From: Rhodospirillales bacterium
GTDB taxonomy: Bacteria > Pseudomonadota > Alphaproteobacteria > Acetobacterales > Acetobacteraceae
Assembly (NCBI GenBank): GCA_017304945.1
Contig: JAFKLG010000069.1
Coordinates: 61,936-125,935 of the forward strand
Reading direction: 5' to 3'
DNA length: 64,000 nt
Part shown: in pieces, positions 17,206-25,759 of the stretch
Numbering within the stretch: the stretch's first letter is position 1
Layout of the letters: each line of letters starts with the position of its first letter
The notes under the pieces: generated by a model
Database searches by the model: none
Seen by the model: only the letters and a program-made list of their open reading frames with translations
Told to the model about the DNA's origin: nothing
Position numbers and translations under genes: made by a program

Positions 17206-17254
17206 GGGGTGGAGGTGGGGTGGAGGTGGGGTGGAGGTGGGGTGGAGGTGGGGG
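17206..17254 (+). repeat. Tandem 11-bp repeat (GGGGTGGAGGT) x4 plus a terminal GGGGG; canonical G-quadruplex motif
   Basis: Read directly: five G4+ runs separated by 7-nt loops, embedded in a strongly G-skewed stretch (about 17100-17260), 160-210 bp upstream of the ThDP-enzyme ATG. Confidence 0.9.
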
Positions 17255-17291
17255 CGGAGCGTCCGGGCGGCTCCGTTCGTGCGAGACGCTC

Positions 17292-17716
17292 GAGCTTTGA
17301 TTCAGCACAGAGTTGAGGCGAGTGAGGCGAGGCACAGAGGGAGCCGGACCTTGGAGAGGCTGGTGCCCCCAGGTTCGGCGAGCATCGTTTCCGCGGGCCG
17401 GTTGCGTGATCCCGGACCACGAGATCGCTGAGAGGGCCGCGGAGGCGCTCGGGCAATCCTGGCACCGAGCCCTGGAAAATCTGATGCCGTCAGGCCGAGG
17501 GTGGGCACGCGGCGACATACCGCTCGGTTCCATTGAATTTTCAGCGCTTCGCGCCACTCGATCGCTCGGCCAGATCCCCCTTTCGATCGGACCGTGCGGG
17601 CCGATCACCCTGGCGGCAGCACGTGAAGCAGAATCATCGGTCCGTCCGCTGCCGGTGAGGCAAGGCTCCTCTGTGCCTCGTCTCACTCGCCTCAACTCTG
17701 TGTTGAATCAAAGCTC
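17292..17716. mobile_element. MITE-like or long-hairpin element: 53/54-nt inverted repeats enclosing a 318-bp spacer
   Basis: The left arm (17292-17345) and the reverse complement of the right arm (17664-17716) differ by 2 substitutions and one 1-nt indel in my manual alignment. The spacer has lower GC and no convincing ORF. I see no clear target-site duplication, so mobility is unproven. Confidence 0.35.
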
Positions 17717-17738
17717 CAGCGACCAGCACAGACGTTAC

Positions 17739-17850
17739 GCCATCGACGCACGGACACGGATGCGTGGACCGGCACGGGCGGTGCGGCATCGACGCACGGA
17801 CACGGACACTGGGACTGGCACAGCGTAACGGCATCGACGCACCGACACAC
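17739..17850 (+). repeat. Three phased direct repeats, G(C/G)CATCGACGCAC(G/C)GACAC...
   Basis: Copies start at 17739, 17785 and 17830 (offsets 46 and 45 bp). Copies 1 and 2 are identical over 21 of 22 nt; copy 3 diverges at its 3' end. Confidence 0.8.
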
Positions 17851-17920
17851 AAATCCGAACGCACGGTGACCTCCACGCGGACCCGCCATCTCCGAAGACT
17901 CCAGACCTCCCGCCCCTCCC

Positions 17921-20900
17921 CTACTCCGCCGGTGCCGGCTTCGGGATGGCGCGGCGGCGGCCGGCGAGGCTCTCGAGCGCGAGATACACCACGGGCGTCG
18001 TGTACAGCGTCAGCATCTGCGAGACGATCAGCCCGCCCACGATCGCGATCCCCAGCGGGCGCCGCAGCTCCGCGCCCGTGCCGAAGGCGAAGGCCAGGGG
18101 CAGCGCGCCCAGCAGCGCGGCGAGCGTGGTCATCATGATCGGGCGGAAGCGCTCGAGGCAGGCCTCGTGGATCGCGGCGAAAGCGGACAGGCCGCGCTCG
18201 CGCTCCGCCTCCAGCGCGAAGTCCACCATCATGATCGCGTTCTTCTTCACGATCCCCATCAGCAGGATGATCCCGATGATGCTCATGATGGAGAGTTCGG
18301 TGCCGCTGATCAGCGTCGCGAGCAGCGCGCCCAATCCGGCGGAGGGCAGTGTCGATAGGATCGTCAGCGGGTGCAGCAGGCTCTCGTACAGCACGCCCAG
18401 CACGATGTAGATCGCGATCAGCGCGGCGCCGATCAGCAGCGGCTGGCTCGCCAGCGATTCCTGCAGCCAGCGCGCATTGCCGGCGAACTCGGTGCGCACG
18501 TCCTCGGGCATCCGGAGCTCGAGCGCGGCGCGCTGCACCGCCTGCTCCGCGTCGCCCAGCGCCATGCCGGGGGCGAGATTGAAACTGAGCGTGGCGGCCG
18601 GGAACTGGCCCTGGTGCCGCACCGCGAGCGGTGCGGTGCCGCGCTCGAAATGCGCGACGGCGGATAGCGGAACCTGGATGCCGTCCGAATTGCCGACATA
18701 GATGCGCTCGAGCATGGACGGATCGGTCTGCAGCCGCGGATCGACCTCCAACACCACCTTGTACTGGTTGCGCTGCGCGTAGATCGTGGAGACCTGGCGC
18801 TGCGAGAAGGCGTTGTTCAGGGCGGCGTCGATCGCGCTGACGCTCACCTGCAGCCGCGCCGCCGCGTCGCGGTCGATCACCACGTCTGCCTGCGGGCCGG
18901 CGCGGTCCTGGTCGGAGGTGACGTCGACGATACCGGGCGTCTGCTTCAGCTTCTCTTCGAGCGCCAGCGCCCAACGCCGCAGCGCGACCAGGTCCGGCGC
19001 GATCACCGCATACTGGTACTGCGCGCCGCCGGAGCGGCCGCCGCCGCGCAGGTCCTGGGCCGAGAACAGGAAGGTCTGCACGCCGCCGATCCGCGCGAGC
19101 TTGGGACGCAGGCGTGCGATCACGCCCTCGGACGTCGCATCCCGCTCCGAGACCGGCTTCAGTGCGAGGGTGAGCTGGCCGCGGTTCTGCGACGCCCAGC
19201 CGCTGGAGACGCCGACGGTCGAGCCGACGCTGACCACGGCGGGATCGCTCAGCAGCACGTCCACGACCTGCTTCTGTCGATCAACCATGCTCTGGAAGGA
19301 GATGTCCGGATCGGCGAGCGTGGAGCCCATCACGATCCCGGTGTCCTGCAGCGGCAGGAACCCTTTCGGCACGCTGCCATAGAGCCGCACGGTCACCACG
19401 ACCACCAGCAGCGTGAGCAGCAGCATGAAGGCGCGATGCGCCAGCGCCCAGTCGAGCGTGCGGGCATAGAAGCGCGCCATGCCCCGCATCACCCGGTCGA
19501 TCCCGCGCCAGACCAACCCGTGCGTTTGTTGCGCCGGTTGCGGCCGCATCCATCGGCCGCAGATCATCGGCGTCAGCGTCAGCGACACGGCGGCGGAGAC
19601 GGCGATCGCCAGCGTCATCGTCATCGCGAATTCGTGGAACAGGCGGCCCATCACGCCGCCCATGAAGATCAGCGGGATGAACACCGCGACCAGGGAGATG
19701 CTGATCGACAGCACGGTGAAGCCGATCTGCCGCGCGCCGCGGATCGCCGCTTCGAGCGGCGGGGCGCCCTGTTCCTGATGGCGGACGATGTTCTCGATCA
19801 TGACGATCGCGTCGTCGACCACGAAGCCGACCGAGATGGTCAGCGCCATCAGCGAGAAATTGTCGAGCGAATAGCCGAGGAACCACATGCCGGCGAGCGT
19901 GCCGGCGATCGACAGCGGCACCGTCACGGCGGCGGCGATGGTGGGCACCAGCCGGCGCATGAACACCAGCACCACCATCAGCACCAGGGCGACGGTCAGC
20001 AGCAGCGTCCACTGCACGTCGGCGACGCTCGCGCGGATCGTCGCGGTGCGATCACTGATCACGGTGACCCGGATGTCCGGGGGCAGCCAGGACATGAGCT
20101 GCGGCAGCAAGGCGCGGACATGGTCGGCGGTCTCGATGACGTTCGCGCCGGCGGACTTGGTGATGGTGAGCAGGATCGCGGGCTGCTTGCCGTTCCACGC
20201 CGCGAGCCGCGCATTCGAGGTGGCGTTCACCACCGTCGCCACGTCGGACAGCCGCAGCACGGTGTCGGGTCCGGCCTTGAGGACCAGGCCGGCATACTGG
20301 TCGGCCTGCGAGATCTGCCCGTTGACGCCAATCGTCTCGGCGCGTGCCGGTCCCTGGAACGCCCCGGTCGGCTGCAGCACGTTGGCGCCGCGGAGCGCGT
20401 TGTAGATGTCCTCGCTGGAGAGGCCGGCCGCGGCGAGGCGTTCGGGATCGACCCGCACGCGCACGGCGGGCTTCTCCGCGCCGTTCACGGTGACCTGCGC
20501 GACGCCTTCGGCCTGCGCGAGGCGCTGCGCGAGGATGGTGTCGGCGGCGTCGTAGATCTGCGCGGTGGAGAGGATGTCGGAGGACAGCGCGATGGTCAGG
20601 ATCGGCGCATCCGCCGGGTTGAACTTCCGGTAGTAGGGCCGCGTCGGCAGGTCGCTGGGCAGGTCGGTGGTGGCGGCATTGATCGCCGCCTGCACGTCGT
20701 GCGCGGCGCCGTTGATGTCGCGGTCGAGGTCGAACTGGATGACGATCGAGGTGTTGCCGATCGAGGAGGTGGAGGTGATTTCGGTCACGCCGGGGATTTC
20801 CCCGAGGCGCCGCTCCAGGGGCGCGGCGACGGAGTTCGCCATGGTCTCGGGATCGGCGCCCGGCCGCGCGGCCATCACCACGATGGTGGGGATGTCGACG

Positions 20901-21034
20901 CTGGGCAGCGCGGCGACGGGCAGGAACCGATAGGCGACGCCGCCTGCGAGCAGCAGGCCGATCGCGAGCAGGATGGTCGCGACGGGCCGCGCGATGAAGG
21001 TGCTGGAGAAGCCGGAGAACTGGGGGAGCGCCAT
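17921..21034 (-). CDS. mdtC: RND multidrug efflux permease, second of a tandem pair (MdtC-like)
   Basis: 1037 aa with 12-TMS RND/AcrB architecture (FIARPVATILLAIGLLLAG start and two large periplasmic loops). It lies directly downstream of a paralogous RND gene, as in mdtABC. Confidence 0.85.
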   Translation of the reverse strand: MALPQFSGFSSTFIARPVATILLAIGLLLAGGVAYRFLPVAALPSVDIPTIVVMAARPGADPETMANSVAAPLERRLGEIPGVTEITSTSSIGNTSIVIQFDLDRDINGAAHDVQAAINAATTDLPSDLPTRPYYRKFNPADAPILTIALSSDILSTAQIYDAADTILAQRLAQAEGVAQVTVNGAEKPAVRVRVDPERLAAAGLSSEDIYNALRGANVLQPTGAFQGPARAETIGVNGQISQADQYAGLVLKAGPDTVLRLSDVATVVNATSNARLAAWNGKQPAILLTITKSAGANVIETADHVRALLPQLMSWLPPDIRVTVISDRTATIRASVADVQWTLLLTVALVLMVVLVFMRRLVPTIAAAVTVPLSIAGTLAGMWFLGYSLDNFSLMALTISVGFVVDDAIVMIENIVRHQEQGAPPLEAAIRGARQIGFTVLSISISLVAVFIPLIFMGGVMGRLFHEFAMTMTLAIAVSAAVSLTLTPMICGRWMRPQPAQQTHGLVWRGIDRVMRGMARFYARTLDWALAHRAFMLLLTLLVVVVTVRLYGSVPKGFLPLQDTGIVMGSTLADPDISFQSMVDRQKQVVDVLLSDPAVVSVGSTVGVSSGWASQNRGQLTLALKPVSERDATSEGVIARLRPKLARIGGVQTFLFSAQDLRGGGRSGGAQYQYAVIAPDLVALRRWALALEEKLKQTPGIVDVTSDQDRAGPQADVVIDRDAAARLQVSVSAIDAALNNAFSQRQVSTIYAQRNQYKVVLEVDPRLQTDPSMLERIYVGNSDGIQVPLSAVAHFERGTAPLAVRHQGQFPAATLSFNLAPGMALGDAEQAVQRAALELRMPEDVRTEFAGNARWLQESLASQPLLIGAALIAIYIVLGVLYESLLHPLTILSTLPSAGLGALLATLISGTELSIMSIIGIILLMGIVKKNAIMMVDFALEAERERGLSAFAAIHEACLERFRPIMMTTLAALLGALPLAFAFGTGAELRRPLGIAIVGGLIVSQMLTLYTTPVVYLALESLAGRRRAIPKPAPAE

Positions 21035-21167
21035 GGTCAGTGGCGCGCCGGGATGTGGGCGGAGTGGCGCGCCGTGTCATGGCCGCGCTGGTCGCACGCC
21101 TCGGTGTCAGGGCCGCGCTGGTCGCGGGCAGCCACGACGTGCGCTGCCACATGCAGCAAGGTCGTGG

Positions 21168-21190
21168 ATGGCCGGCCCAAGGCCGGCCAT
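21168..21190. repeat. Perfect 10-bp-stem palindromic hairpin (ATGGCCGGCC-CAA-GGCCGGCCAT) between mdtB and mdtC
   Basis: Read directly from the sequence. It lies in a 181-bp intercistronic spacer that also contains 22-bp and 13-bp direct repeats. Confidence 0.85.
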
Positions 21191-21215
21191 GACACGGAAG
21201 GGAGCGACCGCTTCC

Positions 21216-24200
21216 TCACTCCGCCGGCACCGCGCTGGGGGCGCCGCCGAAGCGGAGGCGGAGGCGCTCGAAGGCCAGGTAGATCGCGGGCGTCGTGTAG
21301 AGCGTCAGCAATTGCGACAGCAGCAGCCCGCCGATGATCGTCACGCCCAGCGGCCAGCGCAGTTCGGAGCCGGAGCCATGCTCCAGCACCAGCGGCAAGG
21401 CGCCCAGCAGCGCCGCCATCGTGGTCATCATGATCGGGCGGAAGCGGAGCAGGCAGGCCTCGCGGATCGCGACCTCGGGCGTGGCGCCGGCATCGCGTTC
21501 GGCCTCGATCGCGAAATCCACCATCATGATCGCGTTCTTCTTCACGATGCCCATCAGCAGCACGATGCCGACCAGCGCCACCAGCGAGAGGTCGGTGCCG
21601 CACAGCATCAGCGCGAGCAGCGCGCCGATGCCGGCCGAGGGCAGCGTCGAGAGGATCGTGATCGGGTGGATCCAGCTCTCGTACAGCACGCCCAGCACGA
21701 TGTAGATCACCACGACCGCGGCCAGGATCAGCCAGGGTTCGGCGGCGAGCGAACGCTGGAACTCCGCGGCATCGCCCGCATAGCTGCCGGCGATCGTCTC
21801 CGGCATGCCGATCTGGCGTTCGGCCGCGGCGATCGCCTCCACCGCATGGCCCAGCGAGGCGTCGGGGGCGAGGTCGAAACTCAGCGTCACCGCCGGGAAC
21901 TGCGCCTGGTGCGTCATCACCAGCGGCGCGATCCCCCGCTGCAGCGTCGCGATCGCGGTCAGCGGAACCTGAGCGCCGTCGCTGCCCGGCACGCGCAGCA
22001 GGCGCAGCGAGTCCGGGTTGGACTGCCAGGTGGGATCGGCCTCCAGCACCACGCGATACTGGTTGGCCTGGCCGAAGATCGTCGCGATCTGGCGCTGACC
22101 GAACGCGTCGTACAACACGTCCTGCACCGCCTGCATCGTGACGCCCAGGCGCATCGCCGCGGCGCGGTCGACGGTGATGAAGGTGCGGAACCCCTCGTTC
22201 TGCTGGTCGGAGGCGACGTTGCGCAACTCGGGCAATTCGGCCAGCGCGTGCTGCAGCCTGGGCGCCCACAGCGCGAGTTCGGCCGCATCGGTATCCATCA
22301 GCGTGTACTGGTACTGCGTGCGGCTGACCCGGGTGCCGATCTGGACGTCCTGCACCGACTGGAAGAACGCGGTGATGCCGGGGATGCCGGCGATCGCCGC
22401 CTGCAGCCGCGCGATCACCACCGGCGCGGGGTCGCGCTGCCGCAGCGGCTTCAGCGCGATGGTCAGCCGGCCCACGTTGGGTGTCGGGTTGATGGTGCCG
22501 GCGCCGACGAAGGACACGACGCCGCTCACCGCCGGGTCGGCCTGCACCTTGGCCGCGATCTCGTCCTGCAGCGCGGCCAGGCGGGGGATCGAGACGCTCT
22601 GGGCGGCCTCGGTGACCGCCAGCACCACGCCGGTGTCCTGCTGTGGCAGGAATCCCTTGGGCACCACGGCATAGAGCAGGATCGTGCCGACCAGGGTCAG
22701 GGCGGCGACGAGCAGCACCAGCGTGCCGTGGCCGAGGCTCCAGTCCAGCGAGCGGCGATAGGCCCCGAGCAGGCGGTCGAAACCGGCCTCGCTCCAGCGC
22801 GCAAAGCGGCCGGGGGGTTTCTCCTCCAACGGACGCAGGAACCGGCCGCACATCATCGGCGTCAGCGTCAGGGAGACGATCGCGGAGACCACCACCGCGA
22901 TCGACAGGGTGACCGCGAACTCCTGGAACAGGCGCCCCACCACGCCGGTCATGAACAGCAGCGGGATGAACACCGCGATCAGCGAGACGGTGAGCGAGAC
23001 GATGGTGAAGCCGATCTGCGCCGCGCCGCGATAGGCGGCCTGCAACGGCGGCACGCCTTTTTCGATGAAGCGCACCACGTTCTCGATCATGACGATCGCG
23101 TCGTCGACCACGAAGCCGGTGGCGACGGTCAGCGCCATCAGCGACAGGTTGTCGAGCGCATAGCCCAGCAGGTGCATCACCCCGAACGTGCCGATCAGCG
23201 ACAGCGGCAGCGCGACCGCGGGGATGAAGGTGGCGCGCCAGGAGCGGAGGAAGGCGAAGATCACCAGCACGACGAGCACGACCGCGAGCACCAGGGTGAA
23301 CTGCACGTCGGCGACCGAGGCGCGGATCGTCTCCGTCCGGTCGCTCACGATGGTCAGCTTGATGCCGGACGGGATCGCCCGCTGCAGCATCGGGAGCTGG
23401 TCCTTCACGGACTGGACCGTCTGCACGATGTTGGCGCCGGGCTGGCGCTGCACGTCGAGCACCACGGCCGGCGTGCGGTTCCAGCTCGCGGCGACGCGGT
23501 CGTTCTCCACCCCGCTGATCACGCTGCCGACGGCGGACAGCCGCACCGGCGCGCCGTTGCGCCAGGCGATCACCAGGTCCCGGTAGGCGGCGGCGTCGAC
23601 CAGTTGGTCGTTGGCGCCGAGGGCGAAGGCGAGCCGGGGGCCGTCGAACCCACCTTTGGCGCCGTTGACGGTGGCCTGGGAAACGGCGGTGCGCACGTCT
23701 TCCATGGACAGGCCATAGGCGGCGAGCCGCGCCGGATCGACCCGCACGCGCACCGCGGGGCGCAGGCCGCCCTGCACGGTGACGCGCCCCACGCCGTCGA
23801 TCTGGGCGAGCTTGGGTTGCAGCAGGGTGTCGGCGGCGTCGCTCACCACGTCGACCGGCAGGCTGTCGGAGGTGAGGGCGATGGTCAGGATCGGCGCGTC
23901 GGCCGGATTCACTTTCGAGTAGGTCGGCGGATAGGGCAGGTTCGGGGGCAGCGTGCCGGCGGCGGCGTTGATCGCGGCCTGGACGTCCTGCGCGGCCGAG
24001 TCCATCGACCGGTTCAGGTCGAACTGCAGGGTGATCTGGCTGGTCCCCTCGGAACTCTGCGAGGTCATGTTGAGCAGGCCGGGGATCTGGCCGAACTGCC
24101 GCTCGAGCGAGGCGGTGATCAGCACCTCGGTCGTCTCGGGCGAGGCGCCGGGGAGCTGGGTCACGACCTGGATGGTGGGGAAGTCGACCTCCGGCAGGGC

Positions 24201-24305
24201 GGAGACCGGCAGGGCGCGGTACCCGAGCCCGCCGGCGAGCAGGATCGCGATCGCGAGCAGCCAGGTGGCGACGGGCCGGCCGATGAACGGGGCGGAGATG
24301 TTCAC
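21216..24305 (-). CDS. mdtB: RND multidrug efflux permease, first of a tandem pair (MdtB-like)
   Basis: 1029 aa. Begins MNISAPFIGRPVATWLLAIAILLAG, and the RND architecture is collinear with the downstream paralog. Confidence 0.85.
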   Translation of the reverse strand: MNISAPFIGRPVATWLLAIAILLAGGLGYRALPVSALPEVDFPTIQVVTQLPGASPETTEVLITASLERQFGQIPGLLNMTSQSSEGTSQITLQFDLNRSMDSAAQDVQAAINAAAGTLPPNLPYPPTYSKVNPADAPILTIALTSDSLPVDVVSDAADTLLQPKLAQIDGVGRVTVQGGLRPAVRVRVDPARLAAYGLSMEDVRTAVSQATVNGAKGGFDGPRLAFALGANDQLVDAAAYRDLVIAWRNGAPVRLSAVGSVISGVENDRVAASWNRTPAVVLDVQRQPGANIVQTVQSVKDQLPMLQRAIPSGIKLTIVSDRTETIRASVADVQFTLVLAVVLVVLVIFAFLRSWRATFIPAVALPLSLIGTFGVMHLLGYALDNLSLMALTVATGFVVDDAIVMIENVVRFIEKGVPPLQAAYRGAAQIGFTIVSLTVSLIAVFIPLLFMTGVVGRLFQEFAVTLSIAVVVSAIVSLTLTPMMCGRFLRPLEEKPPGRFARWSEAGFDRLLGAYRRSLDWSLGHGTLVLLVAALTLVGTILLYAVVPKGFLPQQDTGVVLAVTEAAQSVSIPRLAALQDEIAAKVQADPAVSGVVSFVGAGTINPTPNVGRLTIALKPLRQRDPAPVVIARLQAAIAGIPGITAFFQSVQDVQIGTRVSRTQYQYTLMDTDAAELALWAPRLQHALAELPELRNVASDQQNEGFRTFITVDRAAAMRLGVTMQAVQDVLYDAFGQRQIATIFGQANQYRVVLEADPTWQSNPDSLRLLRVPGSDGAQVPLTAIATLQRGIAPLVMTHQAQFPAVTLSFDLAPDASLGHAVEAIAAAERQIGMPETIAGSYAGDAAEFQRSLAAEPWLILAAVVVIYIVLGVLYESWIHPITILSTLPSAGIGALLALMLCGTDLSLVALVGIVLLMGIVKKNAIMMVDFAIEAERDAGATPEVAIREACLLRFRPIMMTTMAALLGALPLVLEHGSGSELRWPLGVTIIGGLLLSQLLTLYTTPAIYLAFERLRLRFGGAPSAVPAE

Positions 24306-24342
24306 TGCGCCCGCCCCTCGCCGGCCCCGCGCGGGCGCCGGC

Positions 24343-25605
24343 TCACCCCGGGTTACCCGCGCCGCGTGACCGGCGGGTGCCGGGCGGGCTCACCTGGTCG
24401 GGGCCGGGCGCCTGGGCGGCGCCGGTCGGCGGCACCACCGTCACCTTGCTGTTGTCGGACAGGCGGGAGGCACCGTCGATCACCAGGGATTCGCCGCCCT
24501 TCAGCCCGCTGGTCACGATGGAGGCGTGCTCGTCCTCGTAGCCGGTGGTGATCGCCTGGCGCTTCACCGTGTCGCCGTCGATCACGAAGACATAGGGGCC
24601 GCGCGGGCCTCGCTGCACGGCGGCCGGGGGCACGACCACGGCGTTGCGGGCGGTATCCACCTGGAGCTGCACGCGCACGAACCCGCCCGGCCACAGCGTG
24701 TGGTTCGGGTTCGGGAAAGTCGCTTTCAGCTTGATCGTGCCGGTGGTCGTGTCGACCTGGTTGTCCAGCACCGTCAACGTCCCGGTATCCAGCAACGTGG
24801 TCGCGGCGCCGTTCGCGGCCTGGTTGTAGGCGAGCGCCTTGGGCTGGCCGGATTGCAGCGCCTTGGCGACCGCGGGCAGCGCCTGCTGCGGCAGGGTGAA
24901 CACCACCGAGATCGGCTGCAGCTGGGTGATCACGACGATGCCGGTCGTGTCGGAGGCATGCACGATGTTGCCGGGATCGACCTGGCGGATGCCGGTGCGT
25001 CCGTCGATCGGCGAGGTGATGGTGGTGTAGCTCAGGTTGGTCTGGGCGCTCTCGATCTGTGCCTGGTCCTGGCGGACCTGGGCCTCATACTGGGCGACCT
25101 GGCTCTTGGCGGTGTCGGCCTGCTGGGCCGAGGTGTAGTTGTTGGCGACCAGCTTCTGGTAGCGGACGTAGTCGGCGCGCGCATTGGCCAGCAGCGCCTC
25201 GTCCTGCGCCTTCTTCGCCACGGCCTGGTCGAGCGCCGCCTGGTAGGTGCGCGGATCGATCTGCGCCAGCACGGCGCCTTTCTTCACCTCCTGGCCCTCG
25301 GTGAAGTTCACCGAGATCAGCGGGCCGTCGACCATCGGCTTCACGGTGACCGTGTAGAAGGCCTGTACGGTGCCGAGCCCGTCGAGGAAGATGGGCATGT
25401 CGCGGGTGGCGGCGGGGGCGGCGAGGACGGGAATGGGCGCGCTGGCGGGCCGGTTCCGCCCACTCCCCGCGCCGTTGCCGCCGGGCCAGAACCAGATCGC
25501 CGCACCGATCGCCGCGACCACCAGCAGGCACAGCAGCAGCATGGGCCAGCGCCGCACCCGGCGGCCCTCGCGCAGCTCGACCGGTTCTCGGGTCAGGCTA
25601 TCCAT
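24343..25605 (-). CDS. mdtA: RND efflux membrane fusion (periplasmic adaptor) protein, MdtA-like
   Basis: ATG at 25605 (MDSLTREP). Has an N-terminal TM anchor, a coiled-coil region and the lipoyl/beta-barrel motif YTTITSPIDGRTGIRQVDPGNIV. Confidence 0.85.
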   Translation of the reverse strand: MDSLTREPVELREGRRVRRWPMLLLCLLVVAAIGAAIWFWPGGNGAGSGRNRPASAPIPVLAAPAATRDMPIFLDGLGTVQAFYTVTVKPMVDGPLISVNFTEGQEVKKGAVLAQIDPRTYQAALDQAVAKKAQDEALLANARADYVRYQKLVANNYTSAQQADTAKSQVAQYEAQVRQDQAQIESAQTNLSYTTITSPIDGRTGIRQVDPGNIVHASDTTGIVVITQLQPISVVFTLPQQALPAVAKALQSGQPKALAYNQAANGAATTLLDTGTLTVLDNQVDTTTGTIKLKATFPNPNHTLWPGGFVRVQLQVDTARNAVVVPPAAVQRGPRGPYVFVIDGDTVKRQAITTGYEDEHASIVTSGLKGGESLVIDGASRLSDNSKVTVVPPTGAAQAPGPDQVSPPGTRRSRGAGNPG

Positions 25606-25759
25606 CTCGGTCCTTTCGGGGTCCGCGCCGGATATCGGAGCAGGAAGACGGCGTGCCAATGGCTCGCGGCCTGATTTCGCCCGCGGCCACCCGGCCGGGA
25701 TGGCGCGGCGCGCCGGCGGGCGGAGGCGATGGGGCGGGGGGCGGTGGGGCGGGCCTGGG

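Noticed and set aside
17045-17828. 216-aa (minus) and 171-aa (plus) ORFs inside the non-coding island
   Set aside because: Their shared peptides (MRRVRRGTE, PRLTRLNSVLNQSSS) are simply the two arms of the inverted repeat read in both directions. The minus-strand ORF also translates the G-rich tandem repeat as poly-Pro/His. There is no RBS and no coding-like third-position bias across the AT-richer core.
17739-17850. Possible CRISPR array
   Set aside because: There are only three repeats of about 22 bp with spacers of about 24 bp. That is too short and too few for a CRISPR array. There is no leader and no cas genes, and repeat 3 is degenerate.
20973-24551. 1192-aa plus-strand ORF, the longest in the track
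   Set aside because: It lies entirely antisense to mdtB/mdtA. Its translation is Arg/Gly/Asp/His-rich low complexity with no motifs. This is the typical stop-codon-poor antisense frame of a very GC-rich genome.
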